Origin: a virus | Lineage: Duplodnaviria; Caudoviricetes | Direction: 5' to 3' (one strand) | Length of the DNA: 34,012 nt | IMG/VR virus record: IMGVR_UViG_3300037424_000300 | Location: 1-34,012 of that record | Part shown: piece after piece, positions 16,680-24,435 of the stretch | Layout: each line of letters starts with the position of its first letter | Position numbering within the stretch: the first letter of the stretch is position 1 | The notes under the pieces: model-generated | Told to the model about the DNA's origin: nothing | The model's input: only the letters and a program-made list of their open reading frames with translations | Databases searched by the model: none | Made by a program: the position numbers and the translations under genes

Positions 16680-18143
16680 TCATCTGTCCCACTGCCGGGG
16701 AACGCGGCGCGCGTCGGCTTCCTCGTCGAACCGCATCGTGGGGCCGTCGAACACGAATTTCACGTCTCCGTCCCGGCCGTGCCGGTTGAAATGGACTATC
16801 ACCTCAGCCTTGTTCCGGTACTTGGTCATCTCCTGCTCCCAGGCCATCTGCTGGTCGATGGCGCTTTCGTCGATCGGTTTCAGCTTGCGAAGATAGAATT
16901 CAGGCCGGTTCAGAAAAATCAGCGTGTCGGCGCTCTGCTCGATCTGGCCGGAGTCGCGAAGATCGCTCTCCACCGGCCGGTAGGCGATGGGGTTGAACTT
17001 TGAGAAGTTCGTCTCGGTTCCGCGCTTGATGCTCTCACGGTTGAGCTGGGCGGCGAACACCATGGGGATTTCCAGGTTGTTTTTGATGTCCTCCAGATCC
17101 ATGCAGACCTGAGTAACGGAATCATACCGGCTCGACGATTTGCGCTCGATGCCCAGCTTCGTGAGGTAGTCACCGAAAATGACCTTGGCTCCGTCCAGTC
17201 GGACAGCGTTCCTTGCCCTGGCGCTGAGTGCGGATGTCGTGCGCGCCGGCAGCGTGTCGATGTGGAGCGGCCAGCGGGAAACCTCGTCGATCGCGCCGTG
17301 AACATCCCCGAGGCGGTTCCGGTCGAACGTCTTGTTGGCGAGGAACTCGTAGGAGATGCCCGTTATCATGGAAACCAGACGCTTTTTCACCTCGTCGTCC
17401 TTCAGCTCCAGGGAGAAGAACGCCACAGGCACGCCCTGCCGCAGGATGTTGGCCATCATCGACAGCAGCAGCGCGGTCTTCCCCTGCTTCGGCCGGGCGC
17501 CAATGAACAGCAGCCGGCGCGGATGCAGGCCGCCAATCATCCTATCCAGGCCAGTGAAACCCGTGGGGATTCCAGGAACTGATTCGTCGTCGAACCAAGT
17601 CCGCATTTCCTCTGATCCAGAGGAAATGTGCTGGTAGGAAGCCGACGCTTCGCCAGCGGCGATGTCAGAGACAACCCGGCTCATGTCCGCCGCAACCCCC
17701 CCCTCGCCGGCGGCGGCCTTGATGGTGAACGTCTGGCAGGCGTTCATCAGCTCCCGGCATTCGTGCGCGTTCTTGACGAGAAGTGCGTACTGGATCAACT
17801 CGTCAGGCTTACGAACTTGCCTGCGCAGGGTCTCCGCCACGTAGCCATCAATCGAAGTGTCGTCCGGTATCTGCTCTGTGAGGCTTCCCTTGACGGTGGC
17901 GATATCCGCCCGCCCGCCGCGCGCCACCAGCCGCTGAATGGTCTCGTATGCTTGCCGATGAAGCGCGTTTGAAAACGATTCTGGTTCGATAATATCCGAA
18001 ACCCTATCGTAGGCGCGGTTGTCGGCCAGGATGCTGCCGAGAATGATTCGCTCCGCGTCGAGCCGTACAGGCTTCGGCATAGCCGTCTGCTCAGGCTTTT
18101 TTTTGCCCTTGAAATCGCCGTTCTTTCTGGTATTATCGATCAT
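16680..18143 (-). CDS. dnaB: Replicative DNA helicase, DnaB family
   Basis: AERIILGSIL N-domain, GIPTGFTGLDRMIGGL, GARPKQGKT Walker A, FFSLE, DYL, AQLNR, SDLRDSGQIEQSAD; AGGAGG RBS before ATG 18143. Confidence 0.95.
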   Translation of the reverse strand: MIDNTRKNGDFKGKKKPEQTAMPKPVRLDAERIILGSILADNRAYDRVSDIIEPESFSNALHRQAYETIQRLVARGGRADIATVKGSLTEQIPDDTSIDGYVAETLRRQVRKPDELIQYALLVKNAHECRELMNACQTFTIKAAAGEGGVAADMSRVVSDIAAGEASASYQHISSGSEEMRTWFDDESVPGIPTGFTGLDRMIGGLHPRRLLFIGARPKQGKTALLLSMMANILRQGVPVAFFSLELKDDEVKKRLVSMITGISYEFLANKTFDRNRLGDVHGAIDEVSRWPLHIDTLPARTTSALSARARNAVRLDGAKVIFGDYLTKLGIERKSSSRYDSVTQVCMDLEDIKNNLEIPMVFAAQLNRESIKRGTETNFSKFNPIAYRPVESDLRDSGQIEQSADTLIFLNRPEFYLRKLKPIDESAIDQQMAWEQEMTKYRNKAEVIVHFNRHGRDGDVKFVFDGPTMRFDEEADARRVPRQWDR

Positions 18144-18209
18144 GTCGATGCGCCTCCTATGCGCGTTGTCAGGCCGCCCGGTTGCTCCCGGAGCGGCCAT
18201 TTTTCCACG

Positions 18210-18236
18210 AAAAAAAGCCCGTGGTTTCCCGCGGGC
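18210..18236 (-). terminator. Intrinsic terminator upstream of dnaB
   Basis: GCCCGCGG-GAAA-CCACGGGC-TTTTTTT on the minus strand. Confidence 0.8.
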
Positions 18237-18257
18237 GCAAATCTCAACATGGGATAT

Positions 18258-18286
18258 TTCATACACCCGCGGTTAATCGTCGTCAA
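18258..18286 (-). promoter_or_regulatory. Putative promoter upstream of dnaB
   Basis: TTGACG-N17-TATGAA; spacer contains TTAACC. Confidence 0.55.
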
Positions 18287-18450
18287 CCGGCGGCGAGCAG
18301 GTTCTTGAACTCCATCTGCTTGCCTGTGGATAAAGTCGTAACTTGTTGTTTTTGCACTAGATCGGGATTAACCGATCTAGGCTTTCCTGCCTGCGCCGCC
18401 ATAACGCGCGCCCGCGCGCCGGCTAGCTCTTGCTTCTGGGCCTCTGTCAT
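18283..18450 (-). CDS. Small hypothetical protein (55 aa)
   Basis: Not in track; MTEAQKQELAGARARVM...; ATGA-coupled to the upstream ORF. Confidence 0.5.
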   Translation of the reverse strand: MTEAQKQELAGARARVMAAQAGKPRSVNPDLVQKQQVTTLSTGKQMEFKNLLAAG

Positions 18451-18590
18451 TTCTGCCCCGCTTCAACCAGAGAACGCAGTTTTGCGTTTTCTGAAACGAG
18501 TTCGTTGAACGTGGCCTCCGCCTGGTCGATGGCTCTGAAAACCCATGCGCTGGCGGCGATAACTACGATAATTGCGATTATTGCGAACAT
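18447..18590 (-). CDS. Small membrane protein (47 aa)
   Basis: Not in track; AGGAG RBS; MFAIIAIIVVIAASAWVF TM then a short helix. Confidence 0.65.
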   Translation of the reverse strand: MFAIIAIIVVIAASAWVFRAIDQAEATFNELVSENAKLRSLVEAGQK

Positions 18591-18608
18591 TTTGATGATT
18601 CTCCTGTC

Positions 18609-18956
18609 TCAGATGATGCAAATGATGTCCGCGATGTCCTGAATAGGGCGGCCTTCCCAGCGGTCCCATTTAACCGGCGCCGCGGTTATCGGCCCGATGG
18701 CGCCGGCCGGGTCCACCGCGATTGGCAGCACCAGCCCGGTATGCGTCCTGATGATTCCCCAAGTTGCTAGCCCAACCCCGTCGAACAGGTACAGGCAGCT
18801 CCCGAGCTGCTGCGACCGCTCTTCAACCCATACCCGGCATTCCGTCATGGTGTCCCCGGCTGACGTCTCAATGAGGGCGATTTCCTCGTTGTGTGCAACG
18901 GCACGGGCCTCGATCTCCGAAACCAGTTCCGCCCATTCATGCGTGGCAATCCGCAT
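18609..18956 (-). CDS. Hypothetical early protein (115 aa)
   Basis: TAATG coupling to the upstream ORF and GGAGG RBS. Confidence 0.65.
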   Translation of the reverse strand: MRIATHEWAELVSEIEARAVAHNEEIALIETSAGDTMTECRVWVEERSQQLGSCLYLFDGVGLATWGIIRTHTGLVLPIAVDPAGAIGPITAAPVKWDRWEGRPIQDIADIICII

Positions 18957-19153
18957 TATGCAGCCTCCTGCATTTGGATATCCAGCTTGTTAATAGTGAA
19001 CCGCGCCCACTCCTCGACGGAAATCCCATCGTGTGTGTGCGCCCGCGCCATGGCGTCCAGGATGCGCTGGATGTCCCCGTGATAATTCGCGTCTGTGATG
19101 ATCTGCGGGGCGACCTCCTCCCAGACCAGCATGGATTTCATGTTCATCAGCAT
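18956..19153 (-). CDS. Hypothetical early protein (65 aa)
   Basis: AAGGAGG RBS before ATG 19153; first gene after the leftward promoter. Confidence 0.65.
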   Translation of the reverse strand: MLMNMKSMLVWEEVAPQIITDANYHGDIQRILDAMARAHTHDGISVEEWARFTINKLDIQMQEAA

Positions 19154-19271
19154 TCTCAATCCTCCTTCGATTTGCATATCCACCCCGATGAGGGGTGCGG
19201 TCCCCGTATGGGGTGCGTCTCGCTTAAGGGTGTCAGCGGCGATTGCCTATCCAGAGCCTCTATAACTAAAA

Positions 19272-19300
19272 CATATATCATTGATAGTGGGAAAGGTCAA
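19272..19300 (-). promoter_or_regulatory. Leftward early promoter
   Basis: TTGACC-N17-TATATG (also reads CTTGAC-N17-ATATAT, close to the rhizobial consensus) in the AT-rich divergent region. Confidence 0.7.
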
Positions 19301-19359
19301 GCTCATTTTGCAGCATGCGTCATCTTGTCGCAATTGTGACGTATCGAGTACGTTTTCCC

Positions 19360-19387
19360 TTGACGTTACGTTAATCCATGTTACATT
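19360..19387 (+). promoter_or_regulatory. Rightward promoter with overlapping imperfect CtrA-like box
   Basis: TTGACG-N16-TACATT with extended TG; TTGA-N7-TTAA at 19360-19374. Confidence 0.6.
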
Positions 19388-19410
19388 GAGTTGGAAAGGA
19401 GACAGCTATC

Positions 19411-19644
19411 ATGGATGGTGGACGCAAGTTGAAGGAATGGATGGGCAGGAACGGGGTGAAGACACTGGCTGTGTGCGTGAGGATCGGCATCTATCCGAAC
19501 CAGGTTAGCCGCATCCTTAACGGAAAGTCGGTGCCGTCCCTTAAAACTGCTTTCGCAATTCAGGTGCTGACAAACGGCGCGGTAAGGGCCGAGGATTTCC
19601 TTGATGGTTCGGATGGCGAAGAGGGGGGTAAGAAGGCGGCATGA
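19411..19644 (+). CDS. Cro/XRE-family HTH regulator
   Basis: LKEWM..NG..., RIGIYPNQVSRILNGKSVPSLKTAFAIQVLTNGAVRAEDF; AAGGAG RBS. Confidence 0.9.
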   Translation: MDGGRKLKEWMGRNGVKTLAVCVRIGIYPNQVSRILNGKSVPSLKTAFAIQVLTNGAVRAEDFLDGSDGEEGGKKAA

Positions 19645-20630
19645 AGGGCTGGAGCTGGCAGTTTGGGACGCTGTTCATAGCGATTGGGATATCCCTGTGG
19701 ATGGCATGGGCGAATATCCACGCGGCGCTGGATAGCGGGGCGTCGGATACGCTGGCATATTCGATCATCGCAGACGCGATCCTGCTGCTTTTCGGGGCCG
19801 CCTTCTGGCACTTCCACGGCATCGGCCGGAATATGGGGTGCGTCGCGATAGGCACCGTGTGGCTGATGGCCGCCGCCTACGTCAGCGCCGCGAACGTCGC
19901 CAAGCTCCAGGGCGCCTTTCAGGATAGCTGGGCGCCGGTCCGAGCATCGGAGGCCCGCGAAGCTGAGCGCCTGCACCAGATTGATGTTAGTCTGGAAGGT
20001 CAGCGGGCCGCCCTCAAGCTGGCGCAGGATGCGTCCATCAACGCCCCGAAAATGTCGATCAGGGAGGGCGCAGAGAAGAAGGTTGCAGGCCTAAACTCCA
20101 CAATCAACACGCTAATAGAACAGCGGTCAAAGGCTCCACCAGACGTTGCAAGGCCGTCTGTGAAACATTTTCTTATGGGATGGGAACCGGCGGTCCCGAT
20201 AGGGCTTCTCATAGCGGCGCAGGTGGCTCTCTGGGCCACATTCAGATCAGAACCAGGCGGGGCGGCGATCCCGCCTTTGCCGCGTTATAGGGCCACCGAA
20301 CCGGCCCACCAAAATGGCTCTGAGGGCCAGGGCGGGCCAGGGGTGGCCCAGGTGGGTGGCCCGCAGGTGGCCCAGGGTGGCCCACCATTGAAAACAAATG
20401 AAAAAAAGGTGGCCCAGGGTGGCCCAAAAAAGCCGGGCGGGCCACCCCATGGGCCACTGCCCGAAAACGTGGTTCCGATCAGGCCAACCACTGAACAACT
20501 GGTTCGGGCCATGGTGGCCCAGAAGAAGAGCCAGAGGGCCATTTCAGTGGCCCTTGGCATCAGCAGAACGACCGTGCAGAGGACCATAAAACAGATCGAA
20601 ACAGAGGCAAAGGAGGCTGTGAAACAATGA
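19641..20630 (+). CDS. Membrane protein: 4 TM segments, coiled coil, low-complexity linker, C-terminal HTH
   Basis: Three N-terminal hydrophobic helices, charged coiled coil, fourth TM (AVPIGLLIAAQVALWATF), HTH SQRAISVALGISRTTVQRTIK; ATGA-coupled to the cro-like gene. Confidence 0.85.
   Translation: MKGWSWQFGTLFIAIGISLWMAWANIHAALDSGASDTLAYSIIADAILLLFGAAFWHFHGIGRNMGCVAIGTVWLMAAAYVSAANVAKLQGAFQDSWAPVRASEAREAERLHQIDVSLEGQRAALKLAQDASINAPKMSIREGAEKKVAGLNSTINTLIEQRSKAPPDVARPSVKHFLMGWEPAVPIGLLIAAQVALWATFRSEPGGAAIPPLPRYRATEPAHQNGSEGQGGPGVAQVGGPQVAQGGPPLKTNEKKVAQGGPKKPGGPPHGPLPENVVPIRPTTEQLVRAMVAQKKSQRAISVALGISRTTVQRTIKQIETEAKEAVKQ
20233..20553. repeat. Array of 16 TGGCCC/GGGCCA sites with A-tracts inside the TM-HTH gene
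   Basis: GGTGGCCC at 20342, 20355, 20366, 20376, 20408, 20418, 20513; GTGGCCC at 20547; GGGCCA at 20233, 20290, 20324, 20334, 20439, 20451, 20506, 20536. Confidence 0.9.
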
Positions 20631-20710
20631 CTAGAAGAATCTTGGCGGACGAGCCGCCCCAGGGATTGAGGTGCCTGACGACTGGGGTTGTTTGGTGGAG
20701 GGAATCATGA
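20627..20710 (+). CDS. Possible 27-aa peptide
   Basis: ATGA overlaps at both ends and AAGGAGG upstream; MTRRILADEPPQGLRCLTTGVVWWRES. Confidence 0.4.
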   Translation: MTRRILADEPPQGLRCLTTGVVWWRES

Positions 20711-20874
20711 TCGTCTGGATTCTTATCGCCGCGTTTATGGCATTTTTGCTCGCGTTCTCGATAGTGAACAGGATCAGGATGAGAATATGGTTGCACGCCC
20801 TGAAGCAGCGATCAATCATGCTGGCGAATAGGGTATTTGACAACGGAGACCGCAACGATCTATTCTGGCGCTAG
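20707..20874 (+). CDS. Small membrane protein (55 aa)
   Basis: GGAGG RBS; MIVWILIAAFMAFLLAFSIV TM followed by a basic tail. Confidence 0.6.
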   Translation: MIVWILIAAFMAFLLAFSIVNRIRMRIWLHALKQRSIMLANRVFDNGDRNDLFWR

Positions 20875-21416
20875 TTTCCCGTTGTGATGGTGCTCCATAA
20901 GCTTGGCTTTGGCTTATGGCCAAGTCTCGCCGTCTTGCGCCGGGCAACGGCGGCCACACGCGGGGTTGTGGCCGCCTGAGCATTCGACTGCTGCACCGCG
21001 GCAACCTGCGCCGGAGCACCGGACACGGCGAGCTTCATTTCAGCTATCCCGGCCCTAAATTCCGCTTTCACCTCGTCCTTGAACGACCTCAGGTCTCCCT
21101 TGATCGCGGCCACGTCCGTTTTCACGGCCGCCATGTCGATCTTGAGCACGCCAACATCCCCAGCGAGCTGCTTCACGTCGGCCTGCATTCCCGTGTCTGA
21201 TTTTTCCAGCGCGGCGATCCGCCCAGGGACAGCGAAAGCCCCAAGCTGCCAAGCCAGCAGTCCAGCGGCGAAGGCCCCGCCGATGCCCTTCCAGATAAGC
21301 CCCAGATCGTGCCAGAGGCGTATTGCCCGCTCCGCCGAGCTTTCCACCGCATCTGGTTGAAGGTCCGGCTGCATCTTGTCCCGTCCGTTGATGTGCTGTA
21401 TTTCTGCGTAAGCCAT
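20871..21416 (-). CDS. Single-TM coiled-coil protein, last late gene (holin/XhlA-like candidate)
   Basis: Hydrophobic IGGAFAAGLLAWQLGAFAV then heptads DVKQLAG-DVGVLKI-DMAAVKT-DVAAIKG; basic tail. Confidence 0.6.
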   Translation of the reverse strand: MAYAEIQHINGRDKMQPDLQPDAVESSAERAIRLWHDLGLIWKGIGGAFAAGLLAWQLGAFAVPGRIAALEKSDTGMQADVKQLAGDVGVLKIDMAAVKTDVAAIKGDLRSFKDEVKAEFRAGIAEMKLAVSGAPAQVAAVQQSNAQAATTPRVAAVARRKTARLGHKPKPSLWSTITTGN

Positions 21417-21482
21417 GTGGCAGCCCTTCCTGGCTGGTATGTGGTGAGAGGCGCGGGCGCCTGTACAGCGGCCCGCGTCTCG

Positions 21483-22394
21483 TCAATGAGGGCGGCCAAC
21501 CGCGAGTTGAAGCTCGTTGTACCCGTCGCCGAATTGTTTCAAAAATGTTTCCCACTCGCCGGATAGCATGCCGTTTTGGTCAACGAACTGCGAGCCAAGC
21601 GGTGCATTCAGGCGCTCGACGAAGGTCGTGAGAACTGGCGGGTGAGAGAAGCTTGGGTCCATTCCCACGCCGGTGAGAACGAAGGCGCCAGCCAATGCGT
21701 TTATCGAGGCCGACAGCGCGACGTTCTGGCCCGAGAGCACGAAGCTGCCTGCTGCTGCCTCAAGCACGTCTTTGACGTTTACCTGGATGTAGCAGCTTTG
21801 CAGGGCGTTGTTCGTGCCCTCGTCGTCCATGTCGATGGAGGAATCGGCGGGAGAACTATTGTAAATTTTGTAGGCAAGATACAACGAAACGTCCGGGGAA
21901 ATCTCTCCGTCCTTCGTCGTGCTGAAGGTGCGAGGATCGACCGTCGCATAATGTGTGGAATAGGCACCGATGACGACAAGGGGCGTTATGCCACTGCCCG
22001 CTGAAACACTTTGAGCCGTTGGGTTCCCGCCGCTGCTCTCTCCGGCGGCGTCCACGACAGACACGGATTCCACCTCGCCACTGGCCCTGAACACGGCCAT
22101 GGCCTTCCACGTGTAGCCCGCCCCGCCGTAGGACATGCCGGTGATGGACGCGCCGGCCTCCGTGCCGGTCGCCACCTTGTAAGACAGGTTCTGCCGGTAG
22201 AAGCTGCCGTCCGTGACGTTGTTGATGGACGTGAAGCCCGTTGGCGTGACGAGTCCGGGCACTGATCCGGTGTTCCCGGCCCGGTCCAGCAGCACGATGA
22301 TGTCGCCCGCCACGATGCTGGCTGGCCCGGTGATCGTCGCGGCGTTGCTGGTGGCGGATGCCTGGAACGCGACGGTGTGCGGCGGCGTCGTCAT
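21483..22394 (-). CDS. Fibre protein: beta-rich head domain, 2 GxFxL(S/T)G repeats, conserved C-terminal motif
   Basis: AGDIIVLL and SYKVATGTE domain; AGSFVLSGQ and AGAFVLTG; C-terminus PLGSQFVDQNGMLSGEWETF. Confidence 0.7.
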   Translation of the reverse strand: MTTPPHTVAFQASATSNAATITGPASIVAGDIIVLLDRAGNTGSVPGLVTPTGFTSINNVTDGSFYRQNLSYKVATGTEAGASITGMSYGGAGYTWKAMAVFRASGEVESVSVVDAAGESSGGNPTAQSVSAGSGITPLVVIGAYSTHYATVDPRTFSTTKDGEISPDVSLYLAYKIYNSSPADSSIDMDDEGTNNALQSCYIQVNVKDVLEAAAGSFVLSGQNVALSASINALAGAFVLTGVGMDPSFSHPPVLTTFVERLNAPLGSQFVDQNGMLSGEWETFLKQFGDGYNELQLAVGRPH

Positions 22395-24130
22395 TTTGGC
22401 CTCGAAACCAGCGTTTGCAGTTCATTCCACGCGGCGCTGAACCGGCGCATGTAGGCCTGCCACTCGTTGCCGATCATGCCTGTCTTGGGGTCCACCACCC
22501 TGCGGGAGAGAGGGAAAACAAGCTGCTCGTACTGGTAGGGAATCACCACGTCGCGCGGCGGGTAAATCAGGAGGGCAGCGATTTGTCCGGTGAGAGCGAA
22601 TACGCCAACGTCGGCGGGAAGGATGGCGACGCGGCTGAGAACGGATGCTCGGCCGGTCAGGACGAACGCGCCTGCGCCAGCGGGAATGATGCGATGGGGC
22701 GTAAGCGTGGCCGTCTGGCCGGTGAGGGCGAACGCTGCCGCCGCAGGGTAGATGAAGCGCGTTGCCCTGAGAAGGGCCGCTTTGCCAGTGAGCACGAATG
22801 CACCAGCCCCAGGCACGAGAGAGCGGGTTGAGCTGAGGGCGATGTCCTGGCCGGACAGCAGGAATACACCGGCCCCAGCGCCAAGCGCGGCGGATAGCGC
22901 CGCATACTTCCCCGTCAGCACAAACGCGCCCGCGTCGGGATACAGCAGGCGCACAGCGCGCAGAGCGGTGGCTTGCCCGGCCAGGGTGAATTCGCCAGCA
23001 CCCGCCAGCATCGCCCATGTGCGTGAAAGTGCGGCATCCTGCCCGGTGAGCACGAATGCGCCCTTTCCGGTGCCCAGGAACGCAGCCAGCGCGGCAGTCT
23101 GGCCGGTGAGCACGAATGCGCCCGCGTCAGCGGCCATCACCTTTACGGGCGAGAAGATCGAAAATGCCGCATCCTGGCCGGTGAGGGTGAACTGCCCAGC
23201 CATAGCGGTGAACGCAGCGGATAACGCGGCGCTTTTGCCGGTGAGGGTGAATGCGCCTGCTCCAGCAAGAAGGGCGCGTGTCTTCGTCAAGGCAGAGGTC
23301 TGGCCGGTGAGAGAGAATGAACCGGCGCTTGGCAGAAGTGCGCGTGTGCGCGTTAGCTCCACTGCAACACCAGTCAGGCCGAACGATCCTTCCGCCGCCG
23401 CCATAACCGGGTTGGTGATGTACGGTGGAAGGTCGGAAGTGTCAAGATTGCTGGCATCCATGTTGACGCCAGTGAAGTGCTGCCCATTACCGGATACGTC
23501 ATTGAAGCCATTTGAGCCATCAAGACAAAAACCGTAGGTTCCGTAAGAGCCGGTATATGGCTTCCGCGTCCATGTACTGCCTATAGTCGTCCCAAATGAG
23601 GTAGGGTCTAGTGACGCCCCGTCGATAACCTCAATGAACGCCATCTTTCCGTCAGAATAGCTTGATACATCAAGAAACGCGCCAATTTGATGTTGTAGTC
23701 CATTGGTGAACAGATGGTGAGCTTCGCTATTCCCAGGAGCGCCGGCTGCTCCGTCCGTGTCTGCGGCAAGGCTTCCATCAAAGTATATGCGTATTCTATT
23801 ATCAACCGTTGCATTGGTGCTGTCGAATGAATATAGGACATGGTGCCAAACACCAGTGCTAGTAAATACGCTTGATGTAGTTGATTCTGCCCAGTCTTCA
23901 GCGTCATACTCTTGAGCAAGCGTTAAATTCCCAGTTGAGCTGTTCTGAGCGTATATGTATTTAGTATTAGTTGGTGCATTTATTGCCTGAAAAAATTGAT
24001 CAATACTCCCTGTTGTATCTAGTTTCACCCATAACGAATACGTGAACTTTGTCGTGCCAGGAGACGACGTTGATAGCGTCCTAGTTAGAACCTCATCTGT
24101 GCCGTTGAAAACTATGCTGGCGTATGCCAT
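22391..24130 (-). CDS. Fibre protein: LamG/concanavalin-like domain, 13 GxFxLTG repeats, conserved C-terminal motif
   Basis: FTYSLWVK, WHHVLYSFDST, RIRIYFDG, YGTYGFCL; 20-25 aa repeats at about 22560-23407; C-terminus PLSRRVVDPKTGMIGNEWQAY. Confidence 0.8.
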   Translation of the reverse strand: MAYASIVFNGTDEVLTRTLSTSSPGTTKFTYSLWVKLDTTGSIDQFFQAINAPTNTKYIYAQNSSTGNLTLAQEYDAEDWAESTTSSVFTSTGVWHHVLYSFDSTNATVDNRIRIYFDGSLAADTDGAAGAPGNSEAHHLFTNGLQHQIGAFLDVSSYSDGKMAFIEVIDGASLDPTSFGTTIGSTWTRKPYTGSYGTYGFCLDGSNGFNDVSGNGQHFTGVNMDASNLDTSDLPPYITNPVMAAAEGSFGLTGVAVELTRTRALLPSAGSFSLTGQTSALTKTRALLAGAGAFTLTGKSAALSAAFTAMAGQFTLTGQDAAFSIFSPVKVMAADAGAFVLTGQTAALAAFLGTGKGAFVLTGQDAALSRTWAMLAGAGEFTLAGQATALRAVRLLYPDAGAFVLTGKYAALSAALGAGAGVFLLSGQDIALSSTRSLVPGAGAFVLTGKAALLRATRFIYPAAAAFALTGQTATLTPHRIIPAGAGAFVLTGRASVLSRVAILPADVGVFALTGQIAALLIYPPRDVVIPYQYEQLVFPLSRRVVDPKTGMIGNEWQAYMRRFSAAWNELQTLVSRPK

Positions 24131-24168
24131 TAGCCATGTCCTCTGGATTCGCCAGCTATTGATACATA

Positions 24169-24423
24169 TTATGCCTTCTGCGTGCCAAGCGATTTCCCGC
24201 CCAGCGCCTTGGCGATCATGGCGGCCTCGCGGTGCAGTTCCGCAAGCGGCCCCTCCAGCGTCTTCAGTTCGGCGTTCATCGCCGCCCGCTTGGTGTCTGA
24301 ATCCTGCACGTGCTTATCGCGGGCCTCGCGCTTCGGGCCGGTGACAGCCGTGATTTTGTTGATCTCAGCCTTCAACTCTTTCTGGCGCTCGGCCAGCGCT
24401 TCCGGTGTAAATTTCGCAGCCAT
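24169..24423 (-). CDS. Small coiled-coil protein (84 aa)
   Basis: AAGGAG RBS; charged helical heptads. Confidence 0.75.
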   Translation of the reverse strand: MAAKFTPEALAERQKELKAEINKITAVTGPKREARDKHVQDSDTKRAAMNAELKTLEGPLAELHREAAMIAKALGGKSLGTQKA

Positions 24424-24435
24424 GGTCAGGTCTCC

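Noticed and set aside
22560-23407. Periodic DNA repeats as CRISPR or DGR template/variable repeats
   Set aside because: Degenerate at synonymous positions and always in frame, so they are protein-level repeats; no reverse transcriptase was found
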